Below are positions 37,134-47,853 of a stretch of DNA of 64,000 nt, piece by piece. The translations under genes and the position numbers were made by a program. The DNA comes from Azolla caroliniana (lineage: Eukaryota; Plantae; Polypodiophyta). The stretch spans positions 4,464,001 through 4,528,000 of the forward strand of contig JBHGNT010000011.1 of assembly GCA_043228905.1 (NCBI GenBank), read 5' to 3'. A model generated the notes under the pieces. That model had not been told where the DNA came from and did not search any database. It was given only the letters and a program-made list of their open reading frames with translations. Each line of letters begins with the position of its first letter. Within the stretch, counting starts at the first letter, position 1.

Positions 37134-37203
37134 TGGCACGGCTTAATGGTAAGCCAATTTACTCCTAACTCGGAGGTGCAAGGTTTGAATCCTTACTTGC
37201 CCT
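37134..37203 (+). promoter_or_regulatory. tRNA-derived Pol III A/B-box cassette in the gypsy 5' LTR
   Basis: CGGCTTAATGGTAAG...GAGGTGCAAGGTTTGAATCCTT with residual acceptor-stem pairing (ggca...tgcc). Confidence 0.65.
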
Positions 37204-37249
37204 CCTTGTATATGTATATATGTATATATATTTATATATTTATTTATCT

Positions 37250-37460
37250 AGTCACCGGACGCCGGTTCGTCGGATGTCGGTGCCTCGCCAGATGCCGTCA
37301 CCTCGTCGTTGCCAGTTGTCGCCGGATACTGATGTCGTCACCTCACCGGCGTCGGATGTCGTCGGTTACCGGTGCCTCGCCAGATGCCGTCACCGGATGC
37401 CGCCGAATGTCGTCGTCTCACCGGCGCCGAATGCCGCCGGATCACCGGCTCCATCGTCGG
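37250..37460. repeat. GC-rich degenerate tandem repeats within the gypsy 5' LTR
   Basis: Recurrent tcaccgg, ggatgtcgtc and cggtgcctcgccagatgccgtcacc. Confidence 0.7.
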
Positions 37461-40401
37461 TTCGGTTTTGGTTGGCCAAAACCCTTTACGAGTAGCTAGC
37501 CCACCTCCACTCTTAGTTCAAGTTACCTTGAACTCTCTATGCTCCACACATAGACACAAAGATAATAGTTTTTACTCTACCTTATATATGATGAGAGCCG
37601 TATTTGTCGTGCCTATGTGGGATATCTCACAATTTTCTCTTTTCCTTTCACAAACTTTATACCCTCATATCTTGACATTTAGTTATCCGTTTCTCGTGTA
37701 ATAAAGTGCATTCGAAACCTCCATCATTTTGTACTTAGATATTAAATTTACTTAAAATGTTATCTTCACAATTTTGTATTATGTGATTCATACTGGATTT
37801 TGTACGTTTTATGGGATTTTCACACTATTGCCGAAAATCTTCACGACACCGGTAGTACTCCTCGAACTGCCCCCGGTATTCTCCTCCGTTATCTGCTTGA
37901 ACCGCCTTCAGCTTCCGGCCGGTTTCTCTTTCCACTCTCGCGTGGCACTCCTTGAAGACGGATAGCGCACCTGATCCTTTGTCTTCAGCGGTGAGACCCA
38001 CATCTTCCGACTGTGGTAGTCTATGAACGTCACAAAGTACTACGATCCGGCATGTGACATCATGTCCACTTGACACACATCGGTATGCACCAGCTCTAGT
38101 GGTGCATTCCGTCTCATCGGTGGTCATGACTAGAAGGAGGTTCGGTTTTGCTTTCCGGCCAAGCAATCGGAGCACTTCTCAAGATGCACGTCTTTCACCT
38201 CCGGAATGAGGTTGTCTTCGGCAAGTCTTCTCATCCCCTTCTAGCTCATATAACACAGTCTCTTGTGCCACAGCTCACCGGAAGTGTCAGATGCTACGTT
38301 CACTTCTTCCTAGCATATCCGGGCATGCAGAAGATATAGCGTGTTGATCTTCCGGGCTCGAGCCACAATGAGGCTTCCTTTTCTGAATTTCATGACTCCG
38401 TTTCGGATGCTACCCGTGTAGACTTTTACCGGTTATGGGGACTCCGGTTTCGTTGTCTTCCTCTCTGTGCTTCCGATTCGGTAAGGAGGGTTTTAGAGTC
38501 AGAGATCACTTCTTTGTCTTTCCGACACGCCTCTTCATCTAGCAAGCTTGACTTAACTCTTGCTAGGGACAACTGTTTTCCTTCCGGCCCGGCGTTGCCC
38601 AACATGACAACTAGCGTCTCCCAACTATCCGGGAGGGAACCGAGCAAGAGTAATGTGAGTACCTCATCGGTGAGAGGTACTTCCAACGAGGTTGCCTGGT
38701 TTATCAGTCCCTGGAAGGCATTCATGTGCTTTGCCATACTAGAGCCGTCCTAGTACCGGAGCCTCACTAGCTTCCGGAATACAGAAACCCAATTAACAAC
38801 ATTCTTGTTCAGGAACGTGATGCCGATATTCTCCCAAAGTTCATGAGCCTTGCTCTCTTCATTGAAATTGTTGTACAGGCTCATGTGATGAAGCACTGGA
38901 TTATACCGTCGTCTTCATGTGCATCACCTCCCACACTATGGCGTTGATCTTATCCGGTCTCTTGTCCCCGAACTGAACCGGCAACCAAAGATCTTTAACC
39001 ACTAGCATATCCTGCATCTTCGACTTCCACATTGAGTAGTTGGAGCCGGTGAGCTTGAACATGCCGCCGAACGATTCTTCCATTTTCCTATGTTGTTCGC
39101 TTTGATACCAGTTTGTAGGAAATAGCGCGGAATATTGCTCGTCCACAACCGAGACTTGAATCACTTCTTTGAGAATCAAACACAGAAATGGGGTTAGAGA
39201 TTAGTACACGTACACACACAAACAATAGAGTGTACACAAGATGTTTACGTGGAAAATCCAAATAGGGAAAAACCACGGGAGCCCACAGACTCCAAACTAT
39301 CACTATATAAGAAAGGTACAATCACAGACTCGAAGGAAATGAGCTCGAGCTCTGTATCTTCGCCAAGTGGACGTTACAACAAAGTATCGCTCTGTATCTC
39401 CTCTCTCTCTATACAACAGTTATGCACATACAACAATATGACAACACTACCTTCTATGATTGCCCTAGGTCATATTTATACTCATATGAACTTAGGGCTA
39501 TTTACAAATATGTCTTCTCTTCCGGTTCTCACGGGGTTCATCCGATCCGGTTTCCAGATCTCTTCCTGTTCTCACCGGGTCCTCTTCATTTAGAAATGGA
39601 TCCCATCCGGAGGGACCGACTTCCCAACAATTTGCATGAGGAACCAAACACTACTATGAAAGTTTGAGATGTGGAGGTTGATCGTATGGTTGAGACATTA
39701 ACCCTTGATGGGTAAGCTAACAAATATTAACACCTATTGTTAAGACTATGGTTTGGATTACGAGTAGTGTGCATGTTGAGAATACCTTGGAGTTAAGCTA
39801 ACGATGCATGTGTTGACTCTTAAGATAGAGGGGTCAACTATAACTTACAAAAACTTAGTTGCTCAATCATGATCCATACAACTACTCGATAATATTGATA
39901 TAAAAATGGTGATGAAAATATCCTTGAAACCAAGGGTGAAAGAATTTTGAATGGCATTCTACTAGAATGGAATATGAAAATAAAAGGACATATAATTATC
40001 ATAGGTCAAACACAAAGTTCTCAGTCCTTTGAGATGTATACTTTTGAAAGTTGAGGTTGTGATTGCTCTTCAGTGCAAGGGTGCAAAGTGAGTTGATGTA
40101 AGCAATCATTGAGGCGTAGTTAACAAGAATCTGGTGTTATTCACTGTTGTCAACTCAACATATTGGTGGGATTGACCCATCAACACATACTCAAGCCTAG
40201 AAACTGTGGTGTTAGAGATCAAGGTCCAAGGACGAGTTGCATTTATCTATAACAAGTGTCTAGTACTTATGTTATGGGTTCATAGATCCATTGACACATT
40301 TTTTATGCGCGGGTGATGACTACATACTAACAAAGATGTCTTAAATATGTGGCCAGTGGAGAAGAAGAACACCCCGGAGTCCTCCTCCCCCAAACGAACC
40401 T

Positions 40402-40467
40402 AAGAAAGAAAGAAAGATATATATATTAATATCTTCTAAGACCAAATTTGGCCCATAAGACAGGTGG
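40402..40467 (-). mobile_element. Heavily 5'-truncated copy (3' tail only) of the LINE family at 53990-58277
   Basis: Reverse complement tgtcttatgggccaaatttggtcttagaagatattaatatatatatc(tttc)n matches 58212-58270. Confidence 0.8.
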
Positions 40468-40947
40468 CAATTAGCAACGGGTTGGTTTGAACCGAACAAA
40501 ACTATGAAACCGCGGCTTAATGGTTTCAACGGTTAACAGTTCAGTTCAGTTCGTTTCGAGCCTTTATCGGTTGAATGGTTTTCAATTTAGGATTGACACT
40601 TAATAATTTCCTTAAAACATTGTAAGCCTAATTTTTGATATTTTAACAAAATTCTTTAAATTTTGAAATATTGAAAATTTTAAAATTAAAATGCGAAAAT
40701 TTAAAATTTGACCTAATTTGAAAACCAAAAACTGAACTGCGAAATTTGCGGTTTTAACGATGTAAAAGGTCTGAAAGTATGTAAAACCATTTGGTTTGAG
40801 CTTGAATTTTTTTTGTAACGGTTCGGTTTGAACGGTTTGCGTTTGATTCTCTCGAACCGAACCAAAGCTTTGTCGATTGCTAAAGATAGGCAGGGTTTAA
40901 CAAGGTAAAACAAAGAAAATTGAGCAGAAATATAACGTTAGAGAAGG

Positions 40948-42207
40948 ATGAAATTAGCGAGGTTCCCACACCCATTCAAAACCTGCATCCCACCCAACTC
41001 AAAACACACAGTGGACACCCTAATTAGGGTTAGGTTTAGGGTTTGGGTTTGCTTTCTCTCTAACCCCGCCTTGGAAAAAATATGGCCTTCCGACCCTGTG
41101 AGCGACATCTTGCAGCAAGAATTTGGGCGTTCCCATGGCGCCTCATCGCTCCCTATTATACAGAGCAGAAGCCAATTCTACAGGAAGACAGCAGAGGCAA
41201 GGAAGGGTTTTGTGGATTATGAAGGGAATGATCATTCGCAGGGGGTTAAAGAGGTGCCTGTTGATGCTGTTGAAGTACGTGGTTACGATGGTGTAGATGA
41301 TGTACATGGAGATAGACATGCCAATTATAATGATGTACATAGTTGCAGATGGGCCAATGCTGATACGATAAATGCTCATTATGATCTGGATTTTGTACAT
41401 GGTCACAATGTTCATCGTGGACATGGCAATGATGGTGTCTTACATAGTCATAGATATTCCAATGATGATGGTATTTATGATCATGATGATGTTGATGGTT
41501 TACATGAACATAAAGATGCCAATAATGGTGATGCACATGGCCGTGTGTCTGGGAATGCCACTGAAGATCATGTACAGAACCATGGCTATGGACATGTGAA
41601 TGGTGATGACGTAAATGATAAGAGTAAAGACAGTCCATCAAAGAAATCTAGTCAAGAAATCATCAAGATTTTGATGGATAGAGTCCATACCAAGAGTTGG
41701 ATTGAGCTTGGCAGAGATATAGACAAGTATAGAATCGAACTCACACCCAAAGAAGTGGCATGGGTACTTAAAGTGCAAAAGTGTGCCTCGAGAGCATGGA
41801 GTTTATTCAATTGGGCATCTCGACAACCAAGGTACACTCACGATTCATCATGTTTTGCCATCATGATTGAAATCCTTTCGAAAAATGCAAATTATAGCCT
41901 TCTTGAGAATCTCCTATTGGAAATGGAAAGGGTTCAAATCCCTTATACCGTGTCGATGATCAATAGGTTGATTGGAGTCTATTCTTCTGGTGACAATATT
42001 GAGAAAGCTGAGAAATATTATGACAAGTTGGAGAAACTTGGTATCAAGCCTAATGCTTATACGTACAAGTGCATGCTGCAAGCATTTGCGAAGTCTGGAA
42101 AGTGTGAAAAGGCCATGGAAATCTATGAATTAGCTCAGAAAAGGAACCAACCACTCGATATCATTGCTTATAATATGCTCCTGGACGGGCTCTCAAGGAA
42201 CGGTCAG
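40948..42207 (+). CDS. P-type pentatricopeptide repeat protein, ABO5 (At1g51965)-like, exon 1
   Basis: PPR motifs NAYTYKCMLQAFAK and LDIIAYNMLLDGL. Phase-0 donor CAG/GTATTG at 42208. Start codon uncertain. Confidence 0.85.
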
Positions 42208-42391
42208 GTATTGCCCCCACTTGACTTCTAGTTCTATCTATTTTGTGCTTTGTATATGAGAAATGTAGTCATGGGAATGGTCCATTACAGCATTTGAAAT
42301 GTATTTAGAACTCGTAATTAGGGCCTATTTAGAAAACCCATTACCTGTGGTTTTTCCATGAACTATTCAATATTTGTAAACCTCATTTGTG

Positions 42392-43238
42392 TAAATAACA
42401 GGGAAAAAAGGAGCCTTAAAATCACTGATATTGAACTTGCATGGTATGTCTTAGTACTTTTGTGACTAAATAAATTTGGAACATCAGTGATGTCAACGCT
42501 AATAGCATTGCTTTCACATAATTGGATCAGTGTATACCATAGCTTGTCCTCTTTATATCATTCCAATGTTGATTTCTCATTCCTGGAGTGCTTGAATTTT
42601 GATAAATAACAGGGAAAAAAGGAGCCTTAAAATCACTGATATTGAACTTGCATGGTATGTCTTAGTACTTTTGTGACTAAATAAATTTGGAACATCAGTG
42701 ATGTCAACGCTAATAGCATTGCTTTCACATAATTGGATCAGTGTATACCATAGCTTGTCCTCTTTATATCATTCCAATGTTGATTTCTCATTCCTGGAGT
42801 GCTTGAATTTTGATAAATAACAGGGAAAAAAGGAGCCTTAAAATCACTGATATTGAACTTGCATGGTATGTCTTAGTACTTTTGTGACTAAATAAATTTG
42901 GAACATCAGTGATGTCAACGCTAATAGCATTGCTTTCACATAATTGGATCAGTGTATACCATAGCTTGTCCTCTTTATATCATTCCAATGTTGATTTCTC
43001 ATTCCTGGAGTGCTTGAATTTTGATAAATAACAGGGAAAAAAGGAGCCTTAAAATCACTGATATTGAACTTGCATGGTATGTCTTAGTACTTTTGTGACT
43101 AAATAAATTTGGAACATCAGTGATGTCAACGCTAATAGCATTGCTTTCACATAATTGGATCAGTGTATACCATAGCTTGTCCTCTTTATATCATTCCAAT
43201 GTTGATTTCTCATTCCTGGAGTGCTTGAATTTTGATAA
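42392..43238. repeat. Perfect tandem repeat, 211 bp x4, in the PPR intron
   Basis: Units start at 42392, 42603, 42814 and 43025. No differences seen by eye. Confidence 0.95.
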
Positions 43239-43243
43239 TCTAG

Positions 43244-44464
43244 GTGGAGCAAGTGCTAGATATTTTTGAAAAGATCAAGAAGAGTGGAAATATGGCTGAT
43301 GTATATACCTATACGATTGTTGCACGCACACTTGGACATGCCGGAAATGCTACAAGAGCCATTCAGCTCTTGGACGAAATGGAACAGAAAGGGGTGGAGC
43401 CAAACAGGCACACCTACAATACAATATTAGATGTCATTGCAAACCAGAATAGGCTTGACGATGGCATTAAGCTTTTCAAGAGCATGTTAGAACATGGTGT
43501 CCATCCAGATGTTTCTTCTTGCCTTGCTATAGTGAAACTTCTTTGCAAAGAGCGCCAAGTTGGGAGGACACTTGATTTGACTCGTTGGATAAAGGGAAAA
43601 ATCATGAAGAAGGAAGTATATGAATGTTTCATCAAGCTCCTTGGTAAAATGGGTTATTTACAAGAAGCAAGGGCCTTATTCAATGGGATGAAGATTGATG
43701 GTATAAGGCCTAATCACTTGACATGCCTTAGTATGATTAGCTTGCTATGCCGAGCCTCAGAGCCTGACGAAGCTTTGGCTATTGTGAAGGAAAGAGAGAA
43801 TAGTGGCCACAATTTGCCCATAAACACATACAATTCCATCATTGCAGCATTTCGAAATAACAAAAGGTTTGAAGCAGCTTATGAGCTTTTCAAGGAGGTG
43901 AAAGAAAAGGGTCCATCTCTTGATGTAATCTCGTATAATATCATAATTGCCGGATTGGCAAAGGCTGGCAAACTAGCACTCGCACAAAATTTATTTGATG
44001 AGATGGATGACTGTGGTTGCCTCCCCAATGTGATAACATTCAATTCATTGCTTCATAGTTTTGCACGCCTTGGTGATATTGAATCTACTCGAAAGCTTCT
44101 TCAACGAATGAAAGCAAAGGAAATCTCACCTGATATCGTTACTTATAATTGCACCATTGAATGTTTTGGCAAAGCTGGAAAGCCCAATGTAGCTCTAAAA
44201 GTGTTCAAGGAGATGAGTGAGAAGGGTTGCTCTCCTTCCTTTGTTACGTACAACAATTTACTTTTGTCAATGGAAAAGGCCAATATGACAGATGCTGCGT
44301 TGTCTCTTTTTGAGCAAATGAAAGAGCAAGGGTTTGTGCCAGATGCAATGACATTTACAGTGCTTTCGCGAATCTATGATAGTTGTCCTCAATTGGATAA
44401 ACGAGAACTTGTAGCCGAAATTCGTAATGCAGGTTTAGCTTATGAGCTAAAGGTTTCTTTGTAA
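43244..44464 (+). CDS. ABO5-like PPR protein, exon 2
   Basis: Acceptor TAG at 43241-43243 joins RNGQ|VEQVL in frame. About 11 further 35-aa PPR repeats, colinear with ABO5 as I recall it (ECFGK, MEK, FVPDAMTFTVL). Confidence 0.9.
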   Translation: MEQVLDIFEKIKKSGNMADVYTYTIVARTLGHAGNATRAIQLLDEMEQKGVEPNRHTYNTILDVIANQNRLDDGIKLFKSMLEHGVHPDVSSCLAIVKLLCKERQVGRTLDLTRWIKGKIMKKEVYECFIKLLGKMGYLQEARALFNGMKIDGIRPNHLTCLSMISLLCRASEPDEALAIVKERENSGHNLPINTYNSIIAAFRNNKRFEAAYELFKEVKEKGPSLDVISYNIIIAGLAKAGKLALAQNLFDEMDDCGCLPNVITFNSLLHSFARLGDIESTRKLLQRMKAKEISPDIVTYNCTIECFGKAGKPNVALKVFKEMSEKGCSPSFVTYNNLLLSMEKANMTDAALSLFEQMKEQGFVPDAMTFTVLSRIYDSCPQLDKRELVAEIRNAGLAYELKVSL

Positions 44465-45317
44465 GTGCGTTTCTTCCATTTTGTTATGGAAAATTCACTT
44501 TTTACATCAATGGTTTCTCTCCAATTGGCTCTATCAATCTATACATGCTCCATGCTTTGGATGTGAAATTTGTACATGTGGAAACCTTGCTGATATAAAA
44601 ATGATAAATTCTTGTATGAGAATATTAATCAACGATACCAGAGTGGCAAGCTTTGTGAGGGAGGAGGAATGAAGTAATTTTGTCAATAACATTAGTCAAA
44701 TTAAGAAATACTAGTGATAATTAGTACAGGGTACCACGAAGTTTACAGTGCATTAGCTGACTGACTGCTCAAAAAGAAAATTGCCCAAAGGAATTTTCTT
44801 TGCATTGGAGTCAATTGGTGATTGCTTTGGAATCTCAAGATTGTCACATGGTAATCACCAAAATGTCAATGAATTGTAGTGTAGCAATATCAGAGTTAGA
44901 CTAAAGTGAATGAGATGAAATGTCATTGTGCAAAGTTGTGCAAGTCTTTAAGTTACATAACTTGCATGTGTTGTGATCTCTTGGATCAATAATGTTAGTT
45001 TGTTGCTACTTGCAACAGCACAAATGAGCATATTTTGTTGGAGTTGTGCGAAGTGTCCAATCCTCATGTATATACATTTGGATCTTATTGACATCATTTA
45101 CGTACGTCATTTGTCATGTCTCTATTTTATAACTGTGGTTAAACACACAAGAAAACGCAAATGGAAAAATAATCTTTGGACAAAAATGCTTTTATATTAT
45201 ATTATCAACCTAAGATAGTTACAACAGTCACAAAGTTGATACTAAAAATCCAAAACCCAGAGTTGGGACAAGTCAAGACAAATCTTCGAGCCATCTTCTT
45301 TGCTCTCAGACCTCTCG

Positions 45318-45985
45318 CTATTCCTCCTCCCTAATCGAGTTGGGATGTCTATTGTGTGTTGCTTCCACATAGGAATTTGGAGGGCATGACTTGATGATTG
45401 GATTTGTTAGGCTCCAATTCATTGCTCGATCATATGGTCTCAAGGTTCTCCTTTCTTCCATGACATTTTGCTTTTGTTTGACAACCTCCCAATCATCCAC
45501 ATGCTTTGCTACTTGAACCGCTTCCTCCAATGTTGTTGGTTCCATTTTCTCTCTCTCTTTCTATGAAGGATGCAACCCGTAGAGAAATCCTTGCACCCCG
45601 TCAAAATCACTTATCATAGTTATTTGCAACATCAATTTTCTATACTTAGAGATACAACTCCTTGACCCTCTCCTTTTGGCTCCTCCTTGGTGAGCGTCGT
45701 TCCCTCATTTGCGCAATCAAGCTTTCCGCCAACTATGCAATTGTGATCTCCATCAAGTTTCCTCCCTTCCCTAGTGCTTTGATCGCCTCTAATTCTTATT
45801 TTGATCCACTTCCCTCGTAAGCTTTCTCCTTTAGCATCCCCCCCTGCTTCAATTTGTGTTTGTGCTTTGATACCAAATATCACATGCCTATTTTATGGGT
45901 GAGCTTAAACACACAAGAAAACATATATGGAAATGTTATGAAATGAAGTCTCTCTTTATGGGAGAAGAGTTGATTCGGCTAAGGG
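45318..45985 (-). mobile_element. Degenerate 5' fragment of an LTR retrotransposon (tRNA-Met PBS, gag remnant)
   Basis: PBS tggtatcaaagc at 45864-45875 and gag-like EPTTLEEAVQVAKHVD. Confidence 0.55.
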
Positions 45986-46364
45986 CTGTTATGTGTTGGC
46001 CAAATACAAAGGGGTTGGCTATGAGCCGATTGTGTTGACTAAGATCTGGCTATGATAGGCTAGGAGATGATCTGGTAGAGGGCCATTATAATCGGCCAGG
46101 GAAAAATATGTAAATACATACATATATGTATGTATAAACCCTAGATGTCTGATCATCTGAAAATGTGAGAACAAGTGAGGAAGCATTTGAAAAGAGAAGA
46201 GAATTGCGTGTTGAGGAGGTTGAGCTTGTGTGACAGACGACCTGTGAATCCAATCTGCTAAGATCGACGGCTTACCACATACTAGGTGTTAGCATTCTCT
46301 CTGTTTTGTTTACCTTTGTTCTCTATGTATATTCGTCTATTGTGATGAAGTTCTTACCAAGGTT

Positions 46365-47853
46365 GTGGCCTGATGATCGTTTGGAGCGGCTACATAAGAT
46401 ACAGGCGGATTTATCTACTCATCTACAACAAGCTCAACAAACACACAAGGTTTACGCGGATCGTCATCGGCTTCCATCTAGTTTTAACATTGGAGATCGG
46501 GTGTGGCTACTACGACGACACATGAAGACTACTCTACTCGCCCATGTGAGAAGTTGGATTATCGGCGATTAGGTCCTTTCCGTATTATTGGAAAGATTAA
46601 TGATGTCGCTTTTCGTCTCGATCTACCTCCACAGCTACGGATACATCCGGTGTTCCATAGTTCTCTCCTAGAACCCTATCAGGATAGCACCATCCCAGGT
46701 CGTATTAAACCACCTCCACCCCCGATCGAACTTGAAGATGGACCTAAGTACGAGGTTGCTACCATCCTCGATTCCAAGATTGTTCGCAACAAGCTCTACT
46801 ATTTAGTTGATTGGCTAGGATATAGTCCCAACGAGCGCACCTGGGAACTGATAGAGAATGTGACCAATGCTCGTGCTCTTCTTGAAGACTTCCATTGTCA
46901 ATATCTAGACAAATAAGGTCTTCAATCCAAAACAACTCGTGACATTCATCGTTTTAAAGGGGGGATAGTGTCATGATATGACAAAACTCAAACCCATGAC
47001 CTTATGTTACATAGGTCGAGCTCTTACCATTAGGCTATGTATTGTAATACGAAAGATATTATTTTCATTTAAGTTTAAATATAGAAAATTGATGTATATT
47101 CCAAATTTCTTTGTAACATTCTAGAAACTTCAGGAGTACTCCTGAGAACACTATAAAGGAGGCACAAGGCATTATTTCGAACCAAATCAATTCAACGCCA
47201 GTCTTAAGCCTCCTAGTTACTATTGTATATTCCCTTAACATAATATATCTTTTGTTATCCTCATTCTGTCTCTCTTGATCTCTCTCACTCACTCACTCTT
47301 TCCTTCCCTCGAGAGCTCTACACCTCCCTTAGTACTAATCCTCATCTTTTAGTTCTAATTCCTTCTGTCAGAACCAAGAGAGAAGGTAAAGTGATAGAAG
47401 AAAGATATAAAGAGATCACAAGAAGAGGAATGAAATGATAAGAGAAGAATGAATGTATTAAAGTAGAATAAGAATGGATACAAGATAGGCGATGAGAGCT
47501 TAAGACTGGTGTTGATTCGAATTGGTTTTGAGAAGAATTATATGTCCATATTTATAGGTTCCTATAGAATAACCTAGTGATTTCTATAATGTTCTAGAAT
47601 GTTCTAGACCTAGAATATTCTAAGATGTTCTAGGATGTTCTAGAATATTTACAATATCAGTCTATTACAAGAAGTAGCTTTTATTATTTTATATAATCAT
47701 ATGTTATCTTAATGGTTAGGTTCTTGATTATGTATTACAAGGTCTTGGGTTCAAGCCCAAGTGAAGCCACATAATGTTCATGGATTCATGACACCTTCTC
47801 TATTTTAGTATTGTTCCTGACAGTACTTGTTTGTCTTAGTACTGCTCCTGACA
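46365..47853 (+). mobile_element. Tcn1-like chromovirus 3' fragment: integrase C-terminus, chromodomain, PPT, 3' LTR 46969-~47853
   Basis: KLDYRRLGPF, IHPVFHSSLLEPY, YEVATILDSK...YYLVDWLGY..NERTWE. PPT aaggggggatag precedes TGTCATGA. Confidence 0.9.
47366..47793 (-). mobile_element. Solo LTR (Tcn1-related) inserted in the LTR at 46969; TSD CCTTC
   Basis: TGTCAG...ATGACA with CCTTC at 47361-47365 and 47794-47798. tRNA-like cassette at 47705-47762. Confidence 0.85.

Larger units (their letters stand above)
30370..37848 (-). mobile_element. Full-length but frameshifted non-chromovirus Ty3/gypsy (possibly Phygy-like), tRNA-Trp PBS, 4-bp TSD CCGG; LTRs 36663-37848 and 30370-30869
   Basis: Gag from 36595 with CVWCDSMDHMRRDC, protease ALIDHGSEIN (34419-34844), RT-RH 32248-33837 (LPQGATNS, PFLDD), IN with GPY motif 30942-32240, no chromodomain. 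PBS 36637-36654. CCGG at 30366-30369 and 37849-37852. Lineage name is tentative. Confidence 0.93.
23928..39629 (-). mobile_element. Degenerate Tork/Tnt1-like Ty1/copia with both LTRs (5' 39114-39629, 3' 23928-24554), tRNA-Met PBS, TSD ATTTG; split by two nested insertions
   Basis: PBS tggtatcaaagc at 39099-39110. ATTTG at 23923-23927 and 39630-39634. Gag 38400-39085, IN 37853-38330 and 29900-30365, RT/RH 29267-29600 and 24600-25772. Confidence 0.93.

Noticed and set aside
40470-40882. MITE with AACCG-rich subterminal motifs upstream of the PPR gene
   Set aside because: Only a 7-bp terminal inverted match (ttagcaa/ttgctaa) and no clear TSD, so insufficient support
41027-41050. Interstitial telomere
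   Set aside because: Only 3-4 degenerate units, better explained as a telo-box-like motif
42392-43238. CRISPR-like array
   Set aside because: Head-to-tail identical units without spacers, inside a eukaryotic intron, and no cas genes
45986-46359. Additional solo LTR
   Set aside because: LTR-like composition but no matching TSD or second copy in the window
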